NCBI RefSeq assembly: GCF_003918875.1
Contig: NW_025767301.1
Coordinates: 2,976,001-3,040,000, forward strand
Origin: Haliotis rubra
Lineage: Eukaryota
Direction of reading: 5' to 3'
Length of the DNA stretch: 64,000 nucleotides
In this document: positions 38,159-49,646 of the stretch, in pieces
Layout: every line of letters begins with the position of its first letter
Position numbering within the stretch: position 1 is the stretch's first letter
Program-made: the position numbers and the translations under genes
Notes under the pieces: model-generated
Database searches by the model: none
The model's input: only the letters and a program-made list of their open reading frames with translations
What the model was told of the DNA's origin: nothing

Positions 38159-39086
38159 GTGTCACTCCCAATTGTGAGACACATTAATTGATGGTTGAGT
38201 GCACCTAGGTAGTGTTTCCACATCCCTACAATGAAAGTGGGAACAACCCTGTTGTTGAATAGTACCCACAGGAGACATGGTTCATTAATGAGTTAATTAA
38301 AACAGAAGACATTGTTCGTTAAAGGTTAAAGAGCATTTATTGTTTTCAATAAAAAACATCGATAGATACAGAAATAATGAAATAGATTATCAAAGATATG
38401 AAGCAGGTAGGTCAACATCGGTACTTACTGATCGAAACTAGCAGACAAAGGTTAATAAATACATTTATATTAATTATAATTAAGTTATTAAGTTGAAAAC
38501 AGTTATTGTTACATTATTTAAACACGTAAATCTGAGTAGGTATATTTGTTTCTCTTTCAAATGATCACGTTTCCTACACAAAGTGTTTATCTTTTAGAGA
38601 CATTTACTTGAGTAGGTTAATTAATTTATCTTTTAAAGTTTCATTAAGGTACCCCAGAGGAGCGCATGAATGATCTGTAGCCAGTTTGAAGAATGTGAAG
38701 CAATCAGATTTTATGATTTACGGTGCATTAGGTAGATACCTAATTCAAACCACAAGTTAGAACTTAGCCCATTGAAACATGACTTTGGTAGGGCATCAAA
38801 AGATGTAATAGAATCTAAAGATGCCAAATTGATCAAAACTGGACTTTGTTCAATGTTTTAATATGTATGAATATGCTGAATGTTGTCTGTGTCACTATAT
38901 GTGAGAATAAAATGTGATTATAAAATGATATGTGAGAATAAAATGTCTGTTTTGTTCTGTTCACAAGGTTCAGTTACATAGCTAATCCCTAATTAGCTAG
39001 GGTTAATCCATTCTATCAGATAGGGGAGTATGGTGTGTTTTCTTTGTTAATTACCTACTCCACTGTCTCACAACTGGGAGTCTCAC
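38159..39086. mobile_element. Putative non-autonomous DNA element bounded by 23-bp inverted repeats
   Basis: gtgtcactcccaattgtgagaca ... tgtctcacaactgggagtctcac with an AT-rich interior. No clear TSD. Confidence 0.45.
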
Positions 39087-39109
39087 AAATGGGAGTAGAC
39101 CGGTCATCT

Positions 39110-39425
39110 TGGGCGAACAATGCGGCGCGTCGACGGTTCCTCACTGAGTGGGCTGGAATCCTACGCAGTCCTGGTAGTGCTGTAGCTGTAGGGGTGGTCG
39201 TGGTGGGTCTATCGCGAGCGTGACGAACACGTATCAACCTGTTGTGACACGTGGTCGACCGGATCTGGGTAGGTCACATGTTCATCCCTGCGCGTGATTA
39301 CGGCTCCATAGTCTTGGAGTGAGGCATGGCGACATTTGGAAAAACCTGGCTACGGCCGAGGCCAAGTCGAATGTCTGTAATCGGCCGATGGCGTTGTTGC
39401 GTTGAGCTTCTGTCAGTCGTGGAAT
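39110..39425 (-). pseudogene. Tc1 transposase N-terminal (paired-HTH) relic
   Basis: Translates IPRLTEAQRNNAIGRLQ...AVARFF...RLWSR...*TCDLPRSGRPRVTT, then after a frameshift IRVRHARDR...LPGLRRIPAHSVRNR. Contains the GRPR motif. Confidence 0.85.
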
Positions 39426-39778
39426 GTTTTCACTGTACTACTGTAATTGTAGACAAATTAAAACCCATCGTTTTCATAGCAATGCGCGTTCATTTCGTGC
39501 TGGTGTGTATGAAAAATTCATATTTGGTAATAATTCCGTATGAATATCAGCAAAACTCCGCCAGATTTTTTAAGAACATTTTTATTGCATGTTTAAAGTA
39601 TGTCAGCCCGAGTTTCTTTTGGGCGAACAATGGGCAAACTGTGCATGCAATGTACGGCATGTCGTAAAAAGAAAGTCATATACTGAGTTGCGTTCCTTAC
39701 GCGTCTCGAATCCTAAGATCGGGTTCGAGTCCTAATTTAGATTATGTCTTAGTGTATTTTCAGACATCCATTTTGGGT

Positions 39779-39948
39779 GGGGTGGTGGGGTAGCCTAGTG
39801 GTTAAAGCGTTGGCTCGTCACGCCGAAGACCCGGGTTCGATTCCCCACATGGGCACAATGTGTTAAGCCCATTTCTGGTGTCCCCCGCCGTGATATTGCT
39901 GGAATATTGCTAAAAGAGGCGTAAAACCAAACTCAGTCAGTCAGTCAG
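39779..39948 (+). mobile_element. Intact SINE family C
   Basis: A and B boxes, (cagt)n tail, 12-bp TSD tccattttgggt. Confidence 0.95.
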
Positions 39949-40682
39949 TCCATTTTGGGTACGTATCATCCGCTGTTTGTAAGAAGGTTTGAACAGGGAG
40001 GATATGCGAAATACACAATACATTTTTAGCACATTTATAACTAAGGATATGTTTTGTCCATGCATCATTATCCAGATGTAACTTCGAACATTAGCCTATC
40101 CTCTTATACTTACCTGAGGCTTGCTATGCACAGCGAACTCCGTTCCATATGTTTTCCTGATTTCATCAGACTCTTCCTGAGGTAATTACAACATTGTCGT
40201 GAGGTTGTCTGCTCACATCCGCTCTTATTACCAACAAAGGACATTCGGCGATACGGGGTTTCATGGATGCTGTTGCTGGGGTTTCGGAAGAGGAGGAGTG
40301 TGTGCTTCATGATGAGGGGAGGATTTGATAAAGATAGGGAGGAGGGTGTATTGGAGGATCAAACGAATGTACGTGTCGTCTGTGATGCTTCATAAAAGCC
40401 TTCCAAGAATATCTTTCAAACAATCCGGACCCGATGATATCATGGCGGATTCAATACACAGCTTCAGTGGGTACAACTGTAGACTGTGTAGATTCAGTTT
40501 ATCCGAAAGAATAATCTTATCCAAGATCTGCCATCTAACAAGTATATCTGCACACGGAAGAATATTTTGCGAGAACACTTTTTCTCTTGCACAGGTCAGT
40601 ACAGTAACTCTAGATTTCCACATAGACTCCCTAATTCTTCCTCATCATCCGACTCCTAATTATAGTCACATAACTATGGGAA

Positions 40683-40956
40683 ACTGTAAGGGACATTCTC
40701 GACATCTCGCGTTCTCGTGATCTGGACCTTTGGAACGAGCTAAATATGATTTTGTATTCTTATTGACTTTGGGAGATTGTGAGAATTTGCCTCATCTGAA
40801 ACTGCTATTTTGTCGATTTTTTACAAAGTGTACAAAATACACAAAAATGCGAAATCGTAAGATGTTGGCTACATCTCGCGATCTTCCATCCTCACACTTT
40901 TGGAATAAATTGCACATATATATAAAAAAGTGATCGCGAGAACACGCAATACAGTA
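40683..40956. mobile_element. Degenerate MITE
   Basis: Ends actgta... and ...tacagta, with inverted subterminal cgcgttctcgtgatc / gatcgcgagaacacg. Confidence 0.5.
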
Positions 40957-41301
40957 TTTCACACAAAACTGTATATGTCTGCATTGTCTCAGGCGGAAAC
41001 AGTTCGAGCGGAGCTCAGCAATCTTACGTCACTTGTTTTTCTTCCATGGAGTGAATTCTTCGCCTGCGTTATTGCACTCAATGAATGAATTTGCACACTA
41101 ATGAGTTTCATCCTGTGACCATCACAGCTATACACGTATGAGTGAACTGAGGGTGTACGTCGGGTTCTTCATTATTCCACGTCTAGTGCGATATGTATGC
41201 ACGTGTGTGTGACTGCTTGTGACTTATATAGTCTTACTGAGACACCATCACAGGTCAACACGGATACCCTGTTTTGACACATTTTAGTGACTCCGAGGTT
41301 T

Positions 41302-41713
41302 TAGTCTGTTTGCAGTGAAGGCGTACCGATGAATTTCACTTTAAACAAGAAAGTAAATCAAATAATTTGAAATTAAGATTGCGAATCCTCATAATTTTAC
41401 CTTGCCAATTAAACATTTAAATTTCAGAATTTTATTCAACTTAGGATAAAAGTTGTTTAACAGACGATTATAGATTCAAATCGCTATTATTGGTTTGTAT
41501 TACAAGGGAGTAAACACAGTAATTGGAACAGTGATTTGAAACTATGATCGTTTGTTAAACAACTTTTATCCTAAGTTGAATAAAATTCTGAGATTTAAAT
41601 GTTCAATTAGCAGGGTAAAATCATGAGGATTTGCACTTCTAATTTCACTTTATTTGATTTACGTTGTTGTTTAAAGTGAAATTCATCGGTACGTTTTCAC
41701 TGCATACTGACTA
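41302..41713. mobile_element. ~410-bp palindromic (foldback) MITE with TA at both ends
   Basis: ~185-bp imperfect inverted arms, e.g. aattttattcaacttaggataaaagttgtttaaca versus its exact reverse complement, around a short spacer. Confidence 0.9.
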
Positions 41714-41747
41714 TAGTCGTTGTTTTTGCCTTTAACGCCGTACAGTA

Positions 41748-41898
41748 GGAGGGGAAGTAGGGTGGTCTAGTGGTTAAAGCGTTCGCTCGTCACACTGAGG
41801 ACCTGGGTTTGATTGCTCACATGGGTACAATGTGTGAAGTCCATTTCTGGTGTCCCCCACCCTGATATTGCTGCGTAAAACTAAACACAATCACTCAC
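41748..41898 (+). mobile_element. Diverged SINE family C
   Basis: tagtggttaaagcgttcgctcgtcac...atgggtacaatgtgtgaagtccatttctggtgtcccc. Confidence 0.85.
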
Positions 41899-42464
41899 CC
41901 GTGCAACATGCATGGTAACAGTGAGCCCAATCTTTGACCTCAGTTAATATGACGCGCCCAGGGGATAAAACCACGTTCATACTTTTCAAATAGGAAATCT
42001 GTGATCCTTCCCAATCCCGACCAGTTCAAATATAACGTATCTTATGTGATTAGTGTAAATACGGCCACATGTCGGCTTCAATATCCTTCACAGTTTATCG
42101 CAAGACATTTATCAATAAATGTAGAATATGACCTAATATAATATATTTATTGATAAATACAGACACACCGTTAAACGCCATCGACGTCACCGGCTAGAGA
42201 AATATTTGCTGTCGACAATAACACTAGATTATATTGTAATCATCACCTACATGGGGTCCTTAAATCAACAGCATTGGCTAAACACAAATAGAGTAAAAGG
42301 AGAAGAAAAATAGGAGTAAAAGCGGGACGGCACCGGAGTCAAGATTAACCGGAAGCACTTCATGAATAACTGAAGACATTGTGTTTACAGTAGACGTTGA
42401 ATTTTAACCTTGAGTACATCTGTGAGTCTGTGAGCTGGATAGAGGAGGCTGGGATTGACTGATG

Positions 42465-42870
42465 TGTGATGTAATTACATCAGGGTCCCAGACACTCACG
42501 ACGGGTTGATGGCCCCGGGAGACGGAGATGGAGCTGCATGCCCCTATGTGCACAATATGGCGCCATAAAGGACAATCCCGGGGTCACAGAGGACCACATG
42601 AGCAGTTATTGCTGTGGACGTCATTGATTGGTTGTAATTTCCGCAAGCGTGATGGTGTAACGACTGTCGGAAATGGGAGGTATAAATCCGGCTCTTGAAA
42701 CGGGAAGATCCTGTTTTTGTCGCACTCCTTTGTAGATCTGTTTCAGTAGCAGAGGGAATCGGCGGAATCTGTGGGGGCGGAGGGGGCTGTTGCTGGCAGC
42801 TAAGACGCGGTCAAGCTGGTATTTCAGTACGCTATAGTAAATCAAACATTAATAGTGTGACTTGCATACA
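42465..42870 (+). mobile_element. Solo LTR, 406 bp, Gypsy-like
   Basis: TGTGATG...CATACA ends with a 4-bp TSD gatg (42461-42464 / 42871-42874). Internally an inverted CCAAT (gattgg), TATAAA and a late AGTAAA occur in LTR order. Confidence 0.75.
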
Positions 42871-42877
42871 GATGCAG

Positions 42878-42983
42878 AGGGACTGTGAGGTGGCCCAGTG
42901 GTTAGAGCTTTAGCTCGTCACGCCGAAGGCCCGGGTTCGATTCGTCACAATACATACATAAATACAAGCATGCATGCACACAT

Positions 42984-43057
<74 letters not shown>
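42878..43057 (+). mobile_element. SINE C head followed by (CA)n
   Basis: cagtggttagagctttagctcgtcacgccgaaggcccgggttcgatt, then (CA)n at ~42985-43057. Confidence 0.8.
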
Positions 43058-43058
<1 letters not shown>

Positions 43059-43059
<1 letters not shown>

Positions 43060-43222
43060 CCCTTGATGATTGGGGTTAGAGTTGGTCTTCAGCAACCCAT
43101 GCTTGTCGTAAGAGGCGACTAACGGGATCGGGTGGTCATGCTCGCTGACTTGGATGACACATGTCATCGTATCCCAATTGCGAAGATCGATGCTCATGCT
43201 TTTGATCACTAGATTGTGTCTG
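43059..43222 (+). mobile_element. Family B retroposon, 3'-truncated
   Basis: acccttgatgattggggttagagttggtcttcagcaacccatgcttgtcgtaagaggcgactaacgggatc. Confidence 0.85.
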
Positions 43223-43229
43223 ATATCAC

Positions 43230-44545
43230 AGCAGCTTTTATTGTTGTGTTTCTGTTTACTTGAGTTCACAAGATGGCGTCGAAGTCAGTACTTTGTATGG
43301 ACACCATTGTCAGCAATGACTGCTCGGCACCGTCTCGGTACAGACTGGATAAGTCGACGAAGTCACACTTGCGGAATTCTTCCCCGCTCTTCCTGCAATG
43401 CGATGGCCAGTTGTGAAAGTGTCTGAGTCTTGTTTTGACGTTGACGTACACGCAGAACGAATTCATCCCGTAGTTGTTCTATCGGGTTTAGATCTGTGAT
43501 CGGGAAGGTCATGTCAAGACATTAACATTAGAATTGGCAAGGTAGCGGACGGTGACGCGTGCTGTATGAGAAGTAGCGTTGTCATGCTGGAACAACTCCC
43601 TCTGTCAGTCCATACTCGGAAGCATGTGATTTGCAAGGACTTCCTTGACGTACCGATTTGCTGTCAAGTTCCCCCTGAACCTACACTAAATCAGATCTTT
43701 GTTGTGTGCTGGATATCGCACCCAACACCATGCCACTTCCTCCACCGAATCTGTCGACATGTCGAATACAATTAGGGGCAAAACGTTCATTTCTCCGACG
43801 ATGAACACGCTGTCTTCTATCCCGCCGGTGAAAAAGAAATCGCGATTCATCACTGAACCAGACTCGCCTCCAGTTTCTAAGGTTCCAGTTCCGGACTCGA
43901 CGACACCACCGCAAGCGATTGCGCCGATGGAAGTCTCACAAAACAGGGGCGACAACTGGCCTTCTTGGTCGAATCCCCACTTCACGCAATCGATTCCTGA
44001 CAGTTTGGTAGGAAATTCTTCTCAAACGAGGGAGGCGTTGTGCAGTCTCCACGGCTGTGGCAAGACGAAGACGCAAGTGAGCAACCCGGATGTAGCGGTC
44101 CTGGGCTTGGGTGGTAACTCTTGGACGGCCGCTTCTCGGGCGATCTTGGTTGGACCTGGTCTGGAGGAAATGATCCCAAAGGCGAGATATGGAATTCTGA
44201 TGAACATCGTGGCGGCACTCAGTCGTGGCATGATGATTTCCTCTTATCAGGCAAAAACGAATTACAAAATTACACACAACGTTTGCCTCTTTATAGTGAT
44301 CGATACTGCATGCTTTTCCGCTTACTTGCACGTGCATTTTGCTTTGCATGTTTTCTTGGTGACGTTTTGGCGAATACTTCTTCTAACGCTTCTAAAACAA
44401 GAGGGGAAGTTAAAAATACCGCATTTTGGCTCTGAAGCTGTTTACAATCACACAAAGATGACGTTTTAGAAAGAAATAGTTTATTTGTATTGTTGTTACC
44501 GCAGCTACATGAGTCCAATATTCTCAAAATCACCTATGCGTTTCT
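43230..44545 (-). mobile_element. Tc1 element containing the pseudogene; its 5' TIR probably runs into the gap
   Basis: tgcgtttct abuts the N-run at 44546 and is the reverse complement of the TIR-like tactctacaaaaaaagaaacgca at ~38055. Confidence 0.75.
43285..44231 (-). pseudogene. Tc1-family (DD34E-type) transposase pseudogene
   Basis: MPRLS start, DRPRSGRPRVTT, WRRVWFSDESRF, FQHDNATSHTAR, LNPIE and ..NGVHTKY*. It has several frameshifts and stops plus a short 5' deletion. Confidence 0.95.
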
Positions 44546-44687
44546 NNNNNNNNNNNNNNNNNNNNNNNNNNNNNNNNNNNNNNNNNNNNNNNNNNNNNNN
44601 NNNNNNNNNNNNNNNNNNNNNNNNNNNNNNNNNNNNNNNNNNNNNNNNNNNNNNNNNNNNNNNNNNNNNNNNNNNNNNNNNNNNNNN
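44546..44687. other. Assembly gap
   Basis: Run of N. Confidence 1.
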
Positions 44688-47600
44688 TATCTATATATAA
44701 TCCGTCACCCGAACTTTCGTAGATGATAGAGACATTAAACTGTAGTTTAGTAGAACCTCATGGTATTCTAGTAACCAGTTATAAAATATGATTTGTGTGT
44801 CTATATCTAATATCACAAGAAACATCAACGCCAGAGAAAATCAATGTCGATTATCTGCTGAAGCATCTTTCATTGAGTGTTGAAGCTGGTGGTGAAACGT
44901 ATGTTCATGGATCGTTGTTAATCAGTGACGACACCATGTGTGTCCACAAAAAGTAAGCATGACCTTATAGGAACAGACAACTATAAATCATTGATTTATA
45001 GATTTAATGCTTTAGCTTTTTAGCATGCTAAGACATTCATGATTTCACTCAAGCATTTGAGTCGGACAAATGCCTGACAAACCGTCATAGAGATCTTGAA
45101 CAAACAAAATAATCCATGACATGACGTCATTATTACGTCAGCGATAGCCCTGATCGGACCAACTGTTATTACAGACCTCAGGGATCGCGAGTCTTTTGCA
45201 ATCAATCTGTCCCCACATTCCATAATCTCAAAAACACCGATCACAACAAATATTTGAAGATCTATCTGGTTTGCTCAGCAACCTGCGGCATTTCCGAACA
45301 AATTGGTCAATTTCCCCCATATCAGACCATTAGCACTACCCCGAGAGTAGCTCTTGTCAAACACCGTGCGGGATGAAGTAATATCCCAATGTATAAACTT
45401 CCAATGCTCGCCTCTCACGAGTGTGTATTACTGGAATGTTTTTAAATAACAGATACGCGCCGGTGTTATTTCTGGGACGCTAGGAAAACGGTCTGTCAAT
45501 CTAATCTATATTGTTAGGTAAACAGTGAAAAATTGTGAAAGAAGAAAATTGAAAGGCCCACACAAGGGATTTCACCATTACCTGGCGGAGATTGACTGTT
45601 CCTTACTGCGAAAAGGCAATGGAAGAAGAAACGCGGGTTTTAAATACCTGATTCACCTCGTATACTGTGTACCATAGAATGTTTCCCTTTAAACTGATGA
45701 AAGAATTTAGAAGTAAATTTGATTCCAAATTTAAAACTAGAATCAAATAAAATATTTACTTCATTCCCGTCCTTATCTAATATTTAAAGCAATATGATAT
45801 AAAATTGCATGCGGCTTTCAATTAACATATCGGGTATCGTGGAATTTCCGAATTTCCAGCTTTGAAATTAAATTTGAAAATCGAAAAATTTGCATTTTTA
45901 TCTTCCGAAATAAATAATTAGGAAATGTAAATAAAACGATGTAGCACATGGACATAACACTTGAGAAGGGTGAGTGGGAAGAGCGAGTGCGTGGGTGAGT
46001 GAGTGCGTGGGTGGGTGAAAAAGTGAGAGGTTAGGGTGAAAAGAGAATGGGGGAAATTAGTGGGGTAGTGAGTGGAATGAGTGAAGGACTGGACGATGAG
46101 TGAGTAAGTTGGAATTATCTCCTAATATAAGTATTAGTAATCGAAACCGGATATTCGTCCTCAGTACCGAAGGCTTTAACAACGCCTTTTGTCACGAAAT
46201 ATAATTGCATCTTTTGTCTCATGACTGCCTTCGAAACCTGTCCCGTTTAGAATCGTTCTGTTCCTTATTGTCTTGGACACGTTCAGTTGTGAAGTTTGGA
46301 CGTGTTTTATAGGCATTTAATGCCCGACAATGTTTGACGGCAGACTCAATTGCAGGATTATTCCGAAAACAGCACCTTCTGCCAAAGATGTTATGGAAAC
46401 AATTGGGTCAACAAGCCTTGAATCTGACGCAATAACCACGCGCAACTCCACACAGCGCAATTCTGTAATGCAAACCATGTACCGAGCGTGACAAAATCAA
46501 AGCAGGGTTGATCGGGGCTAAAATTCCATTAAAATGCTCAATTTCTTGTGAGCCAAAGATCTTATCTCTAACACTTTCGTATAGAATCCGGGACTATTTG
46601 TCAGGTCGGATGGCGATGTGACCAGGCGAACAAGAGGTTTGACAAAGATGTACTGATTGCCTGTCACTCTTGACCTACACATCAAAGCGCGCAGTGATAT
46701 CTTGATGATGAGAGTAATGCGGTATTTGACGCACAACAGCGACGAGGAGGCCAAATACAGAACCTACTGAGATGTGATCTCGGGGGTACTCTATTCAACG
46801 GCGTAATTCAGAGCTCTTTATTAACCTGTTTCTGTCTCTTAGGAGACAAGACGACTGCGACTCGCCCAGCAGATTTTCAAGGGGATTGAGACAGACCCAT
46901 AGAAACAGTTGCGCTGGTCAACCGCCATAATACCAACGACCGTACAGAAATACGGCCAGATTGTTCGCTTGAGTCTTAATTGGCGTATTGCGTCCCTGCT
47001 GGATTTAAAAGAACAAGTTAAATGTATTTTTGTACGTATGAGGTGATTACGGTCTCAGTACATTACGTGCAACTGTTCAAGCAGTGCCTAACTTAGATAC
47101 CTTGACCCTGATACTAAAATGCGTTGGTTTCTTGACGGCCTGAGTGAACTCAGTGTATTAACACAAACTCCAGAAATAGACATACTTATTTTAAACGTGG
47201 CATTATGCTACTCAGGTTTTCAATTCATATCCACTCGACTCGATTTTTGTGATCGATAATGACGTTGTCAGTGCAAATTATTGATCACCTTGCAAACCAA
47301 TATTGAATCACTGCGTCCTTATAAACCTTAATAAATATACACGTGTTCCTTATAAATATCACGGATTGGGATATTTGCATTAATTTAATCTCCGATATTA
47401 ATTAAAGATGTTCATATACTTCGAAGGCGATACCCACGGGGATCGATCATCATGCATGGTCGGGAACTGCCCCAGAGGGAAACCAAAAACATTGAATGCC
47501 TGTCATACATATGGAGAGAGAGTGATCGATTGAGCGTGTTGCGCCCAGAAATTGGGATTCTCACAGTCATAAGAGGAGACAAATTACCACTCAGAGTGAG

Positions 47601-47989
47601 TGAGGAGTGAGACTCTGACACTGGCCGCTGCATGTGCACTTGCAGAACATTTACTGTGAACTTTCAGTATCAAAGATCCTACTGTGTAGAATACACATAG
47701 GTGACTAATGAATATAGATCTAAGTTTGTTTGTTTGGTTATTTGTTATTTAACGATCATTCATCAATATCCCAGCTGTATGACTTCGGTCAGTAGATAAT
47801 CAAGTCTGGACCAGAACCTTAATGACCATCTCGCCTACTGACCAGCACCTATATCGTCGTTGGCGTTGTACATGCACGAACCCATGGAAGTAATGGTATT
47901 ATGCAATACTGAGAGTATGCACAATGCCAATCCGGTCGAAGTTCACAGAAATATCACTTCAATGAACAGATGAAACGCATAAGTATTGT

Positions 47990-48201
47990 AAGTGAGTGAG
48001 TTTAGTTTTACGCCGCACTCAGCGGTCTGTAAATAATCGAGTCTGGACCAGACAATCCAGTGATCAACAACATGAGCATCGATCTACGCAATTGACGTGT
48101 GTCAACCAAGTCAGCGAGTCTGACCACCCGATCCCGTTAGTCACCTCTTACGACAAGCACGGATCACTGAAGATCAATGTTCTAACCCAGATCTTCACGG
48201 G
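47990..48201 (-). mobile_element. Family B retroposon with a small internal deletion
   Basis: Minus strand begins cccgtgaagatctgggttagaacattgatcttcag and ends gcggcgtaaaactaaactcactcac. Confidence 0.88.
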
Positions 48202-49514
48202 CTGGTTATTATAAGACTACTAAATTTCATATGATCTGATTGGTGGAGTTGTTCCTTGCACGACACCTCGACCTCGGTGAATAGCACTTGTCCAAGGTCG
48301 ATAAATCATTGGATCAACCTGAAGTGAAGTCAATAATTGTATAATGTCCCTTTACACAGATGAACGTTCCAAATCGTAATCGACCGGAATTGCGCTGTTC
48401 TGAATTTTCAGGGTCCTGATTGAAGAGGTTTAAATGTACCAGTGTCCTTTAGGTGAAATATTGATTGTCACGGACAGTCATGATCTGTGGTGATAATTAG
48501 TCTTCATGTTCAATATCATAAAACTGCTCTTAGTCCGTGCCCGCTGCAGCAAGAGTTTAGGTCCGTGGCGGACATCGAATACGGTCGGCAGCCGCGCCAT
48601 TAGTGAAGCAGGGCTTTAAGGTGGGGACAGCTGACGGTACGACAGAACATCTCACTCATTTGGCGAGCACCTGCTGTCTGCTCTCTCATTACAGTAATTT
48701 TACGTTTTATTATGTTTGACACGTTCACGTTCCCATTTCAAAGGTGCAGGATCGGATTTGGATCGGGAATTGTGTTTCTTTTTAAGGTCTATTAATGTTC
48801 AAATTGTATTAAAAAATTAATACATTGTGACCGAAAATATTGTTTATTTTTGTTGTAAAATAATCATACTCATGAGTGAGAAAGTATTGTTTTGCGTTGC
48901 TTTTATGATTATTTTTACAATATCCCGATGGACAAGAACAGTGTATTGTTGAGTATTGAACAAATGTTTTCAGTATGTGACAAACGAAAGCTTCAATCAT
49001 TGGGCTGTCCTACCACCTCTCATCTGTACAGAGGAAACATGGATACATGTTTATAAAAACATTGAATGTGTTGTTTTCTTGTTTTCCATTGATCACTGGT
49101 CAGGTACTGATTGAAACACCTTTAAGATACGAGTCTAATTAAGTGCACCGATGCTCGTAATGATGCTTCTTAGAAAATAAGACTCTGGTAGTCATGGGCG
49201 CGTTTAGGGTACCTTAGAAAACAGTTTGGTATACTTATGTTGTCGATTATACAGGCAATAACACAATCATAAAATGAATGTCCACCTGACGAGAATAGTT
49301 GATAAAGTGTCTGTCAGGACAGCTAAAGATCTGACTGTGATTCCATACTACAATACCTCAGAAACGGGTACTTGTTATTACCCTGGCTGGCCCTCGTCAA
49401 AATGTGGTTTATTGCGCGTTAGTATCTCAGTGTGTTAATACTTCAAAAGCGGCTGAGGTTTAAACTGTGACGTGAATGTACTCGAGCAAATATCGGAAGT
49501 ATCTTGTTGGTGTG

Positions 49515-49566
49515 GTGGTGGAATTTGGTTTAACGTCGTGCTTGAGAATATTTCGCTCATATGACG
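49515..49566 (-). mobile_element. Extremely 5'-truncated family A tail insertion
   Basis: Reverse complement of the 33661-33705 tail, with a perfect 14-bp TSD atcttgttggtgtg (49501-49514 / 49567-49580). Confidence 0.85.
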
Positions 49567-49646
49567 ATCTTGTTGGTGTGATTAATGATGTTTTACAACC
49601 ATTGCATGACGACACATTGCTGCATATATACATGATTGTCTGAAAC

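Noticed and set aside
40130-40185. Minus-strand CTGATGA...GAAA hammerhead core
   Set aside because: Only 6 unpaired nt lie between the motifs, so there is no stem II.
40325-40720. 131-aa ORF, and an RVVCDAS BEL-like motif in another frame
   Set aside because: The motif is followed immediately by a stop and no other RT motifs are present.
43699-44469. 256-aa plus-strand ORF
   Set aside because: It is the antisense shadow of the Tc1 transposase pseudogene.
22295-44726. ORFs containing X runs
   Set aside because: They are artefacts of translating through the N-gaps.
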